Shown here: piece after piece, positions 50,590-64,000 of the stretch
How positions within the stretch are numbered: the stretch's first letter is position 1
How the letters are laid out: every line of letters starts with the position of its first letter
DNA from: Squalus acanthias
Lineage: Eukaryota
Reading direction: 5' to 3'
Length of the DNA stretch: 64,000 bases
Assembly: GCA_030390025.1 (NCBI GenBank)
Contig: CM059432.1
Span: 28,832,001 to 28,896,000, forward strand
Position numbers and translations under genes: made by a program
Notes under the pieces: model-generated
What the model was told of the DNA's origin: nothing
Database searches by the model: none
Seen by the model: the letters and a program-made list of their open reading frames with translations, nothing else

Positions 50590-53500
50590 TTGTGGCGAAT
50601 GGTGGTGGACAATTAAACAACTAATGGGCTCCCTGAATATTCCCATCCTCAATGATGGTGGAGCCCAGCACATGAATGCAAAAGACAAGGCTGAAGCGTT
50701 TGCACCCATCTTCAGCCAGAAGTGCTGAATGGATGATCCATATCGGCCTCCACCAAAGGTCCCACCATCACAGAAGCCGGTCTTCAGCCAATTCTATTCA
50801 CTCCACGGCTGAGCACACTGGATACAGCAAAGGCTCTAACAACATCCCGGCTGTTGTGCTCCAGAACTAGCCGCACCTCTAGCCAAGCTATTGAAGTACA
50901 GCTACAACACTGGCATCTACCCGACAATGTGGAAAACTGCCCAGGTTATGTCCTGTCCAGTCCACAAAAAGCAGGACAAATCCAATTAGGCCAATTACCA
51001 CCCCATTAGTCTACTCTCAATCATCAGCAGAGATGGAAGGTGTCATCGACAGCGCTATCAAGCTGCACATACTCACCGATGCTCAGTTTGGGTTCTGCCA
51101 CGACCACTCAACACCAGACCTCATTACAGCCTTGGGTCCAAACATGGACAAATGAGCTGAATTCCAGAGGTGAGGTTAGAGTGACTGCCCTTGACATCAA
51201 GGAAGCATTTGACCAGGCAGTGACTATCTCCAACAAGCGAGAGTCTAACCACCGCCCCTTGACATTCAACGGCATTACCATTACCGAATGCCCCACCAAC
51301 ATCCACATCCTGGGGGTCACCATTGACCAGAAACTTAACTGGACCAGCCACATAAATAATGTGGCAACAACAGCAGGTCAGAGGCTAGGTATTCTGCGGC
51401 GAGCGTCTCACCTCCCGACTCCCCAAAGCCTTTTCGCCATCTACAAGGCACAAGTAAGGAGTGTGATGGAATACTCTCCACTTGCCTGGATAAGTGCAGC
51501 GCCAACAACACTCAAGAAGCTCAACACCATCCAGGACAAAGCAGCCCACTTGATTGGCGCCCCATCTACCACCTTAAACATTCACTCCCTTGACTACCGG
51601 CATAACGTGGCTGCAATGTGTACCATCTACAAGATGCACTACAGCAACTCGCCAAGGCTTCTTCGGCAGCACCTCCCAAACCCGCGACCTCTTCCACCTA
51701 GAAGGACAAGGGCAGCAGGCGCATGGGAACACCACCACCTCCAAGTCACACACCATCCTGACTTAGAAGTGTATAGCCGATCCTTCGTCGTCGCTGGGTC
51801 AAAATCCTGGAACTCCCTACCTAATAGCACTGGGGGAGTACCTTCACCACACAGACTGCAGCGGTTCACCAATGTTCACTTTGGGTTCCACCAGGACCAC
51901 TCTGCTCCAGACCTCATTACAGCCTTTGTTCAAACATGGACAAAAGAGCGGAATTCTAGATGTGAGGTGGGCGAGACTGCCCTTGACATCAAGGCAGCAT
52001 TTGACTAAGTGTTGCATGAAGGAGCCCTAGTAAAATTGAAGTCATTGGAAATCAGGGGGAAAACTCTCCACTGGCTGGAGTCATACCTAGCACAAAGGAA
52101 GATGGTTTTGGTCGTTGGGGAGGCATCTCAGCCCCAGACATCGCTGCAGGAGTTCAGGGCAGTGTCCTAACCCAATCATCTTCAGCTGCTTCTTCAATGA
52201 CCTTCCCTCCATCATAAGGTCAGAAGTGGATGATCCAATCTGGTGATGATGATTGCAGTGCTCAGTTCCATTCGCAACTCCTCACATAATGAAGCAGTCT
52301 GTGCCCGCATGCAGCAAGACCTGGACGACATCCAGGCTTGGGGTGATAAGTGGCAAGTAACATTCATGCCACACAAGTGCCAGGCAATGACCATCTCCAA
52401 GAAGAGGAAGTCTAAACAAACCAGCGGATGTAGTATATTTGGATTTCCAAAAGGCATTCAATAAGGTGCCACACAGAAGGTTGCTGCACAAGATAAGGGC
52501 TTATGGGGGTAATATATTAGCATAGAGGATTGGTTAATGGACAGAAAACAGTAGGGATAAACGGGTCATTTTCCGGTTAGCAGGCTGTAACTAGTGGGGT
52601 GTCACAAGGATCAGTGCTTGGGCTGCAGCTATTAAAATCTATATGAAGGGACCGAGTGTAATGTACCCAAGTTTGCTGATGATACAAAGCTAGGTGGGAA
52701 AGTAAGCTGCAAGAGGACACAAAGAGCCTGCAAAGGGATATCGGCAGGTTAAATGAGTGGGCAAGAAGTTGGCAGATGGAGTATAATGTGGGGAAATGTG
52801 AGGCTATTCACTTTGGTAGGAAGAATAGAAAAAAATATTTTTTTAAATGTTGAGAAACTATTAAATGTTGGTGGTCAGAGAGATTTAGGTGTTCTCGTAC
52901 AGGAAACAAAGTTAGCATGCAGGTACAGCAAGCAATTAGGAAGGCAAATGGCATGTTGGCCTTTATTGCAAGGGGGTTAGAGCACAAGAGTAACAAAGTC
53001 TTAACTACAATTGTACAGGGCTTTGGTGAGTCCACACCTGGATTACTGTGCAGTTTGGTCTCCTTATCTGAGAAAGGACATGCATGCCTTAGAGTCAGTG
53101 CCACAGAAGTTCACCAGATTGACTGATGTGATGTCCTGTGAGGAGAGATTGAGTAGATTGGGCCTGTACTCTTGAGTTGAGAAGAATGAGAGGTGATTTC
53201 ATTGAAACAAGTTTCTGAGGGGAATTGACAGGGTAGATGCGGAGAGGTTGTTTCCCCTGGCTGGAGAGTCTAGAACTAGGGGGCACAGTCTCAGGATAAG
53301 GGGTCGGCCATTTCTGACTGAAATGAGAAGGAATTTCTTCACTCAGAGGGTTGTGAATCTTTGGAATTGTCTACCCCAAAGGGCTGTGGATGCTGAGTCG
53401 TTGAGTATATTCAAGGCGGAGATAAATAGATAAAATAAATCTTCAGCCAGAAGCACAGATTGGACGATCCTTATCGGCCTCCTCCTGAGGTCCCCACGTT

Positions 53501-56500
53501 CACAAAAGCCAGTCTTCAGCCAATTCGATTCACTCCACGTGATATCAAGAAACGGCTGAGCACACTGGACACAGCAAAGGCTATGGGCCCCGACAACATC
53601 CTGGCTGTCGTGCTGAAGACTTGTGCTCCAGAACTAGCTGCACCTCTAGCCAAGCTGTTCCAGTACAGCTACAACACTGGCATCTATCCGACAATGTGGA
53701 AAACTGCCCAGGTATGTCCTGTCCACAAAACAGAACAAATCCAATCCAGCCAAAGTACTGCCCCATCAGTCTACTCTCAATCATCAGCAAAGTGATGGAA
53801 GCGGTCATCGACAGTGCTATCTAGCGGCACTTACTCACCAATAACCTGCTCACCGATGCCCAGTTTGGGTTCCGCCAAAAACACGCGGCTCCCGACCTCA
53901 TTACAGCCTTTGTCCAAACATGGATAAAGGAGCTGACTTCCAGAGGTGAGGTGAGAGTGACTGCCCTTGACATCAAGGCAGCATTTGACCGAGTGTGGCA
54001 TCAAGGAGCCCTAGTAAAACTGAAATCAATGGGAATCGCGGGGGGGGGGGGGGGGGGGGGGGGGAGACTCTCCACTGGCTGGAGTCGTACCCAGCACAAA
54101 GGAAGATGGTTGTGGTGGTTGAAGGTCAATCATCACAGCCACAGGACATTGATGCAGGAGTTCCTCAGGGCAGTCCTCGGCCCAACCATCTTCAGCTGCT
54201 TCATCAATGACCTTCCCTCCAACATAAGGTCAGAAATGGGGATGTTCAATGATGACTGCACAGTGTTTAGTGCCATTCACAACTCCTCAGATAATGAAGC
54301 AATCCATGCCCACATGCAACAAGATCTGGATGACGTTCAGGCTTGGGCTGATAAGTGGCAGGTAACATTCGCGCCACACAATTGCCAGGCAATGACTATC
54401 TCCAACAAGCGAGAGTCTAACCACCGCCCCTTGACATTCAACGGCATTACCATCGCTGAATCCCCCACCATCAACATCCTGGGGGGTCACCATTGACCAG
54501 AAACTTAACTGGACCAGCCACAAATAATGTGGCAACAAGAGCAGGTCAGAGGCTAGGTATTCTGCGGCGAGTGTCTCACCTCCTGACTCCCCAAAGCCTT
54601 TCCACCATCTACAAGGCACAAGTAAGGAGTGTGATGGAATACTCTCCACTTGCCTGGATGAGTGCAGTTCCAACAACACAACAAGCTCGACACCATCCAG
54701 GACAAAGCAGCCCGCTTGATTGGCACCCCATCCACCACCTTAAACATTCACTCCCTCCACCACCGGCGTACCGTGGCTGCAGTGTGTACCATCTACAAGA
54801 TGTACTGCAGCAACTTGCCATGGCTTCTTCGGCAGCACCTCCTAACCCACGAACTCTTCCACCTAGAAGGACTATGGCAGTAAGCGCATGGGAACACCAC
54901 CACCTCCAAGTTCCCCTCCAAGTCACACACCATCCTGACTTAGAAGTACATCGCCGATCCTTCATCGTCACTGGGTCAAAATCCAGGAACTCCCTACCCA
55001 ACAGCACTATGGCAGTACCTTCACCACACAGACTGCAGCAGTTCAAGAAGGCGACTCACCACCACCTTCTCAAGGGCAATTAGGGATGGCCAATAACACA
55101 CACATCCTGTGAATTAATAAAAAATGGCAGAGCCCTCCACAACTGCAAAAGACAAGGCTGAAGCGTTCACAACCATCTTCAGCCAGAAGTGCCAAGTGGT
55201 TGATCTTGCTCAGCCTTCTCCCGAGGTTCCCATCATCACAGATGCCAGTCTTCAGCAAATTTCATTAATACCACTTGACATCAAGAAACAGCTGAGTGCA
55301 CTGGACACAGCAAAGGCTAAAGCCCCCAACAACACCAGGCTTTAGTTCTGAGGGCCTGTGGTCCAAAACTAGCCAAACCTGTAGCTATGCTGTTTCAATA
55401 CAGCTACAATACCCAATTATGAGGAAAATTGCTCAGGTATGATCTGCCCACAAAAAGCATGACAAATCCAGCCTGACCAAATAACACTATTACCCTACTC
55501 CCAATCAGCAAAGTGATGGAAGGAGTTGTCAACAGTGCTACCAGTGGCACTAACTCTCTAATGCTGAGTTTGGATTCTGTCAGGATTACTTGGCACCAGC
55601 CGTCATTTACAGCCTTGATCCAAACATGGACACAAGAACCAGATTTTGAAGAGGGGGTGGATACAGTGCACGTGAGCCCTGAAGTGGGCGACAAATTCAT
55701 GTACGATCTTAACGGTCAAGCCTCATTACAATAACTTTCCTTGCTGATCCGCCCAAACCCTGCCAGATTCAATACTTGGCCAGCAGGTGGGAGCAGGAAT
55801 TCGGCGGCTGGAGCCCACAGTCAGGGGCCCAGGTAAGCGGACGCGAATGAGGGCAGAGGGTGTTGGGGGGGGGGGGGGGGGGGGGGGGGGGAAACCCATG
55901 GCAATTGAGGCCCAAGGAATTCCTGGCCCACAAGGAAACCTAAAATTACATTTAATTGCCTAACTACCTGGGTCACTTCTGGCCATGATCCACCTCCTCG
56001 CAGGTCTAGCTTGACAGGGAAATAGTCACTGGTTCCCCGCTCAGGCCTTCTGACTAATATTATAGTCATCGGGACTCGATCTGCATTTTAAAGAAGGACC
56101 CCACTTCCTTCCTGCGGATGTCCCGCTCGCCTGCTCAAAAAAGCATGTTAACATCGAGACATGATGGGAAAGCAGCGGGATCAGAAGGGGCAAGTGATTG
56201 CCCTCATTTTAACTGCCTCAGGCCCGGTTTCTGCCAGGCAGGGAAGGTTAAAATCGGGGCCCCAAGCGAGAGTCTGTCAAGGCAGCATTCGACCGAGTGC
56301 AGCACCAAGTAGTCTTGGTAACATTGATCAATGGGGAACTCTCTCCAGTGGATGAACTCCACAAAAGCAGATGGTTTTGGCTATTGGAGGCCAATCATCT
56401 GTCAAGACATCACTGCAGAAGCTCCTCAGGACAGCGTCCCGAGCCTAACTATTTTCAGCTGCTCATCTTGGACCTTCCATCCATAAGGTCAGAAGTAGGG

Positions 56501-57290
56501 CTGTTCACTGATGATTGCAGTGTTCAGCTCCATTTGCAATTCCTCAAATACTGAAGCAGCCTGCATGCAGCAAGAACTGAACAACATCCAGGCTTGGGTT
56601 GCTAAGTGACAACTAACATTCATGCCACACAAGTGCCAGGCAATGACCATCTCCAACAAGAGAGCCTAACCACTTCCCCATGACATTCAAAGGCAATACC
56701 ATCACCAAGTTCCCAACCATCAACATCCTCGTTTCACTATTGACTATAAACTCAATTAACCAGCCACATAAATGCTGTGGCTACTAGAGCAAGCCAGAAA
56801 CTGGGTATTCTGTGACATGTGGCTCACCTCCTGATTCCCAAAAGTCTTTCCACCACCTGCAAGGCACAAGTCAGGAGAGTGTTGGAATACAAAGCAGTCC
56901 ACTTGAATGGCACATCACCTACGAGCTGAAACATCCACCCTCTTCACCACAGGCATACCATGGCTGGTGTGTGACCTATCTACAGGATGCACTGCAGCGA
57001 CTCGCCAAGCCTTCAGCAGCACCTCCCAAACCAGGACAAGGGCAGTAGGTGCACAGGAGCACCATCACCTCCAAGCTCCCCTCTAAGTCATGCACTATCC
57101 CAACTTCAACAAAAATCGCCATTCCTTCATTGACACTGGGTTAAAATTCAGCAGCTCCCTATCCAAGAGCATTGTGGGAGTACCTTTACTACACTGACTG
57201 CAGCAGTTCAACAAGATTCTTCAGGACAAGTAGAGATGGGGAATAAATGCTGGCCTTACCAGTGATACCTACATCCCAAGAATGAATTAA
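50590..57290 (+). mobile_element. Cluster of tandem and rearranged 'family B' LINE fragments with a nested CR1 (~52415-53432)
   Basis: Repeated VTALDIKAAFD, LGPTIFSCFINDLP and YKAQVRSVMEYSPLAW blocks; CR1 RT remnants in the middle. Confidence 0.8.
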
Positions 57291-58294
57291 TACAATTCTT
57301 AACTGGATACACTGGGGCACAGAGCTTTGCACTGATCAGTTGGCCATGGGACTGCTTAGCTGTCCATAGCTTAGCTGTTTTTGTTTATGATGCAGGTAGC
57401 TCTATACAGTTGTTTCTTTAGATTGGTGCTCCTTTTTATGGTATGCCTGGTGCTGCTGCTGGTGACACGCAAGACCACAGGATTATAGATTGTTGTAGTA
57501 TACAATTCCACTGTTGCTGATGGCCCAGTGCCTCATGAACGCCCAGTTTTGGGTTATCGGTCCTATATTACAGTGGAGAGTGACCTCACTGAAGGCAAGA
57601 CTTTTGTCTTTACAAGGATTGTGCCGTGCTTACTCCTACAAATGTTATTGTGAACAGAATAATCTGTGTCAGGTAGTTTGGGGAGGACAAGGTAAAGTAA
57701 GTTACTCCATAATGTTGGTTCCCTCACCATCTGATGCAGGTCCAGTCTGACAGCTATATCTATCAGGACATAGTGATGGTACTGCCAAGTCACTCCTTGT
57801 GGTAAGCACTGAAGTCCCCCATCTAGAGTAAACTCTGTAGCCTTCCTTCCCTCAGTGCTCCCTCCAAGCGGTGTTCAATATGAAGTACCACCAATTTTTT
57901 TTCCAGTTGAGGGGGGTACAGTAGATGGTAATCAGCAGATTTCCTTGGCATTGTTTTACCTGAAGCTATGAGACTTGAGTCAGTGTTGAGGACTGCCAGG
58001 GCCATGTCCACCATGTATACCCATGTGCCCCCTCCACTGGTCAGACTATCCTGCTGATGAGCAAGGACATACCCATGGATGCTGACAAAGTCTGGAATCT
58101 TGGCTGATAACACAGCTATCAAGCTAGTCCCTTTTCAGGTCTGCATGACTCAACTACATACTAGAGGATGCACTCACCATGCCATTGGCGAAGAAGTTCA
58201 CTTAACCATAGGAGCAGGGACCTTAAAACAGTGGATACTGAAACTAGGTACCAAAAATTAAAGCATTCTATTTCCTTGAACTAACATTCCTTAC

Positions 58295-58344
58295 CTTGAT
58301 GAATGCAAACTTCACAAAAATCTTTTGGAAACTGTTCACGCCAT
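58295..58344 (-). CDS. Exon of host gene (WREQFPKDFCEVCIHQ)
   Basis: tcttttcaccag|A...G|gtaagg; 50 bp, phase 2 to 1, compatible with the exon at 36286. Confidence 0.7.
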
Positions 58345-58410
58345 CTGGTGAAAAGATTGACCTCAACTATGATGCAGGGTAAAACAGCCATCAAATCGTC
58401 ACCATCTTAC

Positions 58411-58448
58411 CTCAAAAACGAAGTATAGCTTCTTAAGCAAGGTATCAG
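58411..58448 (-). CDS. Exon of host gene (LIPCLRSYTSFL)
   Basis: ttttacagtag|CTG...AG|gtaaga; 38 bp, phase 0 to 2; separated from the next exon by a 66-bp intron. Confidence 0.55.
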
Positions 58449-59612
58449 CTACTGTAAAATGATTCTTCAGGATGAATCATCACTTTCATGAGAAGGGAAA
58501 TTTAGAAAAGTATGTAATTCAGCACCCTAAGGTAAAGTTGAAATGTTCTACTTCTAAGAGGCCAAGTCCCTCAAACAGGCCTGAGTCTTAATTTCCAAGT
58601 GAAGGATATGGGGATTTTATTACTGCTCAATCAATTTAATTTCGAGTGCTTCCTGGTTTTCATTACTCCTCACTATCATTTGCATTTTTCAAAAAATCCA
58701 GCAACAAAGAAATCTCTGGGGCCAGTGACACAATAAAGGTGGCGACTGATATCATGCTGCCACATATTAAGAACTTCTCATCAGGGATCGCCAACTGAGT
58801 TTCAACATGCAACTCTCAGCCAACCAGAATGTTGTACTTTCAAAATACTTCAATTGACCATCAAACTCAGTTAACACCAGTTAATTATGAAAACATTTTT
58901 TTTTTTTTTTTAGGAAAGAGGTTGAGTAAGGGAGGCTAGAGTAAAGGAAAATTAAAAAAAAGTAATTTTGGGAAAAGAACTCAGACAAAGTCTAAAAAGA
59001 AAACTATTTGGAAAGGTCAGGCTTGGAAAGGATAATGGAAAAAATGAACAGATGAACCCCATATGGTTCAGAGCTATGAGACAGTGAAGGATGGTTTTGT
59101 GGTGGTCTTCACTGGAGAAAGGTTAGTACCACCATTTGATGCAATATAGTATGCATCCTTGCTGCGGTCAGGATGATAGCAGTGCATTCACGTTTTATGG
59201 TGATGTTGCTCACTGTTGTGCTGGTATCTGCTGTCAGCCTTGCAACGGCTCAAAACCACTCTCCCCAGTTTTCTAATGATCAGCTACTGATTATCCTCCT
59301 TGGGATGGCATATGGCAATAAGAAGGGTTTCTTTGGGGTAAAGTTAGCTCCAAGATGGAAGTTAGTCTGGCAATGGAACACTGGAACAAAGTCAATCCTA
59401 TATGGCAGTGAGTAATCAGATACCAAAGATGGACAGGGTCAGTACCCCAAGGACATTGCTGAGGATTGATTGCCTGATTAGTCTGCAATATAAAACTGTC
59501 ACCAAGAGAATGAGAAGGGGTTAGGAGGAGTTTCTTACTGCAGAAAGTGGTTAGTGGATGGAATTCTTTACCACAGGGAGTAGTTGAGGCAGAGGCTGCT
59601 GTACCTTTTAAG

Positions 59613-59857
59613 TGGCCATGATGCGGAGATGCCGGTGTTGGACTGGGGTGGACAAAAGTGAGAAGTCGCACAACACCAGGTTATAGTCCAACAGTTTTAT
59701 TTGAAATCACAAGCTTTCGGAGCTGCTGCCCCTTCGTCAGGTGAAGTGAAGGAATTCCTTCACTTCACCTGACGAAGGGGCAGCAGCTCCGAAAGCTTGT
59801 GATTTCAAATAAAACTGTTGGACTATAACCTGGTGTTGTGCGACTTCTCACTTTTGT
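59613..59857. mobile_element. Penelope-like element terminal-repeat insertion forming a perfect 206-bp palindrome with hammerhead ribozyme motifs
   Basis: Arms 59652-59754 and 59755-59857 are exact reverse complements; CTGACGA-stem-GAAA core; 13-bp duplication TGTACCTTTTAAG at 59600-59612 and 59855-59867. Confidence 0.8.
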
Positions 59858-62711
59858 ACCTTTTAAGGGTAGAGTTGGTAAACATTTTAAGCAGAAACTA
59901 TGAAAGACAGAATTGTAGGATTAGTTTTCAATTGCTTTAGCAAAAAGCTAGCACAGCTATGATGGGCTGAATAACCTCCTTCTGTGCTGTAACTTTCTAT
60001 GGCTCTAAATCTAACCCAGATGTTTCTAAAAGGCAGTTTGTACAACATAACTACTTTGGAATTTTTCAAGAATATAACAGAGCTCATGAACATACAATAT
60101 CTAGAGTTCAGAAAACATTTTGACAGTCCCTCCAAACTTTTGGTTAAAATTAAAGCTCCTGCAATTGAAGACAAAGTTGTAGGATAGATCTAACAGTTCA
60201 TAAGAAACAAAAAAGGTATCCATCAATGTTAGTAATTATAATTGGGCAAACAATATCCAAAATCAACTTGAGTTTTGCTGTCCATTATATTTATTGCTGA
60301 CCTTGAAAGTGGTATTGCAAGTGCAATGTCTCAATTAGCAAACAGCAGTTATGTGATATAGTGTATTGTTCAAGGTGATCTACTTACCAATGAGCCATTT
60401 GAGTATCAAACGATGTTTTATACAAGAATTTAATGTTCGTATATCTGCACGCCTCCAATGCCATCCTCACTGCCATCCCTGAACCCTAAATAAATTAATT
60501 TAAAACTCAATGGCCCACATCCTGTCCTACACTAGTCTCGCATCACTTATTCACTCAAATGTACATTGGCTCCGTTCCCCCAATACGTGAAACTGAAAAT
60601 CCTCATCCGCATTTACAATTCCCCCATGGCTTCACTTTACCTTGTATCTGCTTCCTCCAGCCCTTCATTCCAGCCTGCACCTTTCATTCTTCCAACTTTG
60701 GCCTGTGCATTTCCCCCTTTCTCCACTCCTTCATTGATGGCACAGCCTTTAGTCAGCTTGGCCTTACTCTTTAAAAACTCTCTTTCTACACACACACACA
60801 CAACCAGCATAAGTATGAATCATTTAGAAAGCAGAAACCAGCTATTACAGACAACAAAAATCAAGGGAGAGAAAGGCCAGTCAGCCCATCAAGCCCAATC
60901 TATCTAGAATCCATGTATGATTCTATCTTAGACTGCCCGCCCACATTTCCCCTGAAAAAAAAAATCATTGTTAAATATTATTGCTGTCAATTCCCTTTAG
61001 ATATCACAATGGCACAAAAAAATAACCAATCACATTCTACAAAACCAAGCCAATTCCATAAGGAAAAAAAAGTTTTCAGCCATTATGACTGTCGTCACTC
61101 AGTCTATGTCTTAGAAGTTAGATTTTTATGGCTAAATGTTGTGAATGATGATGATACAGGCTCCTTAATCAAATTGTTTCCTAAGAAAATATGAACTCTA
61201 TTTATCAAGTTAATGTAGATTAACCATCGATTTAGCAAGAGCCCGATATAGACACAAAGAGGATGAGTTAGAGCACAAGATTTATTTATGTACTTTCCTT
61301 TGCAATTTTCTCATTACACCACAGGCGATGCACTAATTTAATATGAGGTATACAGAAATAGATATTATTGCTAATATGCAAATTATTATACAACAAACGA
61401 CTGAAGCGCAGCAGGTAAAAGTCAACGTTGCTCTTCTCTTGTTTTTGCTGCTTTTCTTCCCTTCTTTCCTGAAGGAGGCGATTCATACAGAGATACAATT
61501 CCACAGGTGCCAACCATCCTCCAGTACATCATCCAAGCGGCCATTCTTCACACGAATCTAGATGATACGACTTGACCATCTCAACCGAGCATGATCCTGT
61601 CCTCAGCAGACATTTATTTATGCACACTTTCCATCAGGGGGAAACTAATTACTGGCTGACATACTTCCACTCCCTCCCACCCTCCTCACTAGCTCTAGTG
61701 TGCTAAAGCCAATTGAAGCTAGCTATGTAAATAGTTAAACTGTTTATCAAATATGTTAGGATGTCTAAGGAACTTACAAGACCAAGGAAGTTAGTGTTAA
61801 TACTTAAGTTTAAATTGGTGATTTGGAGAAGGTGTCTCTGTTAAAACCAGAAAACAAAAGCAAGGAGCGATCACAAAATTAAAGAAACCATGAGTTAAAT
61901 ATAGTGAGGAATTATGATGGCAACTTAGAGTTAACTTATAGAACTCAGTAAAGGCAGACAATTTAAATATTTGGAATAAAAATTGATAAGATTCCTAAAA
62001 TAAAGCCTGATTTGAGAGATACATGATTGCTGTAAGTTGCATGGTAGATGAAAGTGTTCTGAGCTCTTGTACCTGAGCAAGTTGAATGAAATTAGGCACT
62101 TTTTGTTCTTTTACTTTCTACAGCTTTCTTGCACATTAATAGAATCACCTGCTATAATCTTCTGCAACAAAACCAGAGACTGGATAGTCCATAGTACCAA
62201 AACACAAAATCTGTTTAAACCTCAGGGGGAGAAACAAAAGTCCAAATACAAGGGCTGTAGGACCAATATGGAAAAAGTGGATTCTGGAGAGAAGACCATT
62301 CATATAGGATTGCTCCCAGCCAGTATATGCAAGTCATCAAGGAACTTGATCTCTGTGATAAAAAGGTCCATTCATTGGATAATTCAGTTTCTTGAGGGAG
62401 ACCATTCACAAAGTTATTAATCATTGTTATCCAGAAACTGAGGTGCCTGCTATTGTCCTGTACTTGTGTTATGTGGCAGCCTTAGAATTACTTCTTTTTG
62501 CAACAGTACTCAATCTCTAAAGCATTACTGGAAGGGTCAATAACTTCTTACTTCACTGCTCGTTAATAATCTTGATCAGTGTAATGTTGACAAAACAAAG
62601 AACCAACATGAAATGGTAGGTGATCACAATATTCCATTTCAAAATGCATTCAGAACTCCTATTTCAACTTGATCCTATGGATAACCATACTATAAAAGTA
62701 TCCATATTTAC

Positions 62712-62814
62712 CTGCAATACCCAATAAACCGATAGGCTGCACGATAATAGGGGGTTTCAGTGTTGAGCTTTGCTAATGTTAGAAGCACCGTAATAATTTT
62801 TTTCAGGAACAAAC
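62712..62814 (-). CDS. Probable exon of host gene (LFLKKIITVLLTLAKLNTETPYYRAAYRFIGYC)
   Basis: ttttattcag|GT...AG|gtaaat; 103 bp open frame, phase 1 to 2; needs an intervening phase 2-to-0 exon to reach 58448. Confidence 0.55.
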
Positions 62815-64000
62815 CTGAATAAAATCTTGCCAGTACAGGTAGGCATCTGTTTTTTTTTAAATTCAGGGCCTCTTCAAAGTTGGAAAAAGCAGGGACCCTC
62901 ATTTGTTGAAAAATCAGAGACACCCTCCCCCACCCCACTGAAGTACATTTTCAACTGCTCCCATTGAGGGATCTTTCCTACTCCCCACCCCCTTCATCGC
63001 AAAGGTAATTCATCCCACCAAGGAACTATTCATACCCCCTCCCTCAGTAGTTTTCCCCCAAGCCCCACAAGGTAGTTCCACCCACCAGTGAGGTAGTTTT
63101 CCCCCACCCCGACTCACTCCACTCCCCTGCCTCTCTCCCTAGCCCACTTCTTCCTGCCCCTCCCCCATCTTGACCCTCTAACCTGGTTTGACTTGAACTA
63201 GATCGTGACTACCCATGCGCAATGCCACAGGAAAGAGAGAAATGTCAGATTGTTTTTAGGCCTGTGTAACCCTTGCACATGCCCGAGTACCCATTTGTTC
63301 TCCATCTTGCTAGAGAAGAGCTTGTAGCAAGTTTCAAGTAACATTCTGGTTGTTATGGTCTCAATTCGAAAAGACTGGATCCCATCCTTCTATTATTGAA
63401 AGACTTCTACAGGTACAGTATCCATCCACACGAGTGGATAGAAATGTTTAAGACTACTATTCTGGCAATAGGTACAGTAATAGGGATTGCAAAAATCTGA
63501 TTTGTTATTGCTCCTGATGAGATCAGCCCCAGATGCTGAAGTAGAGTTTGCAGACAATAAGGTAAACTGGGGAGGTTCTCAGTTACCACTGGGTGTTGTG
63601 TGTTCTATCAGGAATGGTCTAGAATCTTACTGTTGGACAACTGATGTTTTAAGGAGAATTCTGTTGCGCTTTTCTGTGTTTTTCAAATTAAACTGAAGAC
63701 TATTAGCTTGCCCAGCTTTTTCTTTAGTGTGCCCTCACCAGTCATTCCTGGCATGGCTACAGTCACTCATTCAGATATGCTATTAGCATTGACTTTATAA
63801 AGATCTTGGGAGCCAAGTAAGCCAAAGATGCTGCTCCCTTGCAGCACCTAGACTGCAGATAATTTCTATGACTGTCCCAGATAGCTATTCATCCATTAGA
63901 TTTATGGTCAATATGGCTACAAGCTGGGCTCATTAAAGAAAGACTTGCATTATGTAGCATCTTACAGGACCATAGGGCATCCCAAAGCGCTTTACAGCCA

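Noticed and set aside
61400..61600. Coding-like stretch (RVKNGRLDDVLEDGW / LLQERREEKQQKQEK)
   Set aside because: Frameshifted, no clear splice sites and no recognisable family; possibly a retrocopy remnant but unsupported.
62552..62570. 19-bp phase 2-to-0 micro-exon (LLTSSE) that would link 62712 to 58448
   Set aside because: Good donor but weak acceptor; too short to support without transcripts.

Overview
Eukaryotic, repeat-dense DNA whose CR1/L2 LINEs, HE1-like and Deu-type SINEs and Penelope-like repeats point to a cartilaginous fish (shark-like) genome. Most of the window is intronic sequence of one unidentified minus-strand gene. I traced at least 11 small exons with GT-AG boundaries and mutually compatible phases (58448 to 1753), encoding a K/E/D/S-rich low-complexity region. 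The main feature is a complete but decayed ~11 kb endogenous retrovirus (39354-50310) lying antisense in a ~22 kb intron. It has paired LTRs, a tRNA-Lys1,2 PBS, a CCHC gag, and a pol with protease, RT, a degenerate tether RNase H, a second RNase H and integrase. Its env resembles a paramyxo/pneumovirus- or baculovirus-F-type fusion protein and carries an extra Ig-like N-terminal module; this architecture matches lokiretroviruses. Other notable items are a perfect 206-bp Penelope-type palindrome with hammerhead motifs, an L2 insertion whose 45-bp duplication copied an exon end and splice donor, direct repeats around a symmetric exon, an SNRPB-like retrocopy fragment and a hAT MITE. Family assignments come from motif recognition by eye, not database searches.
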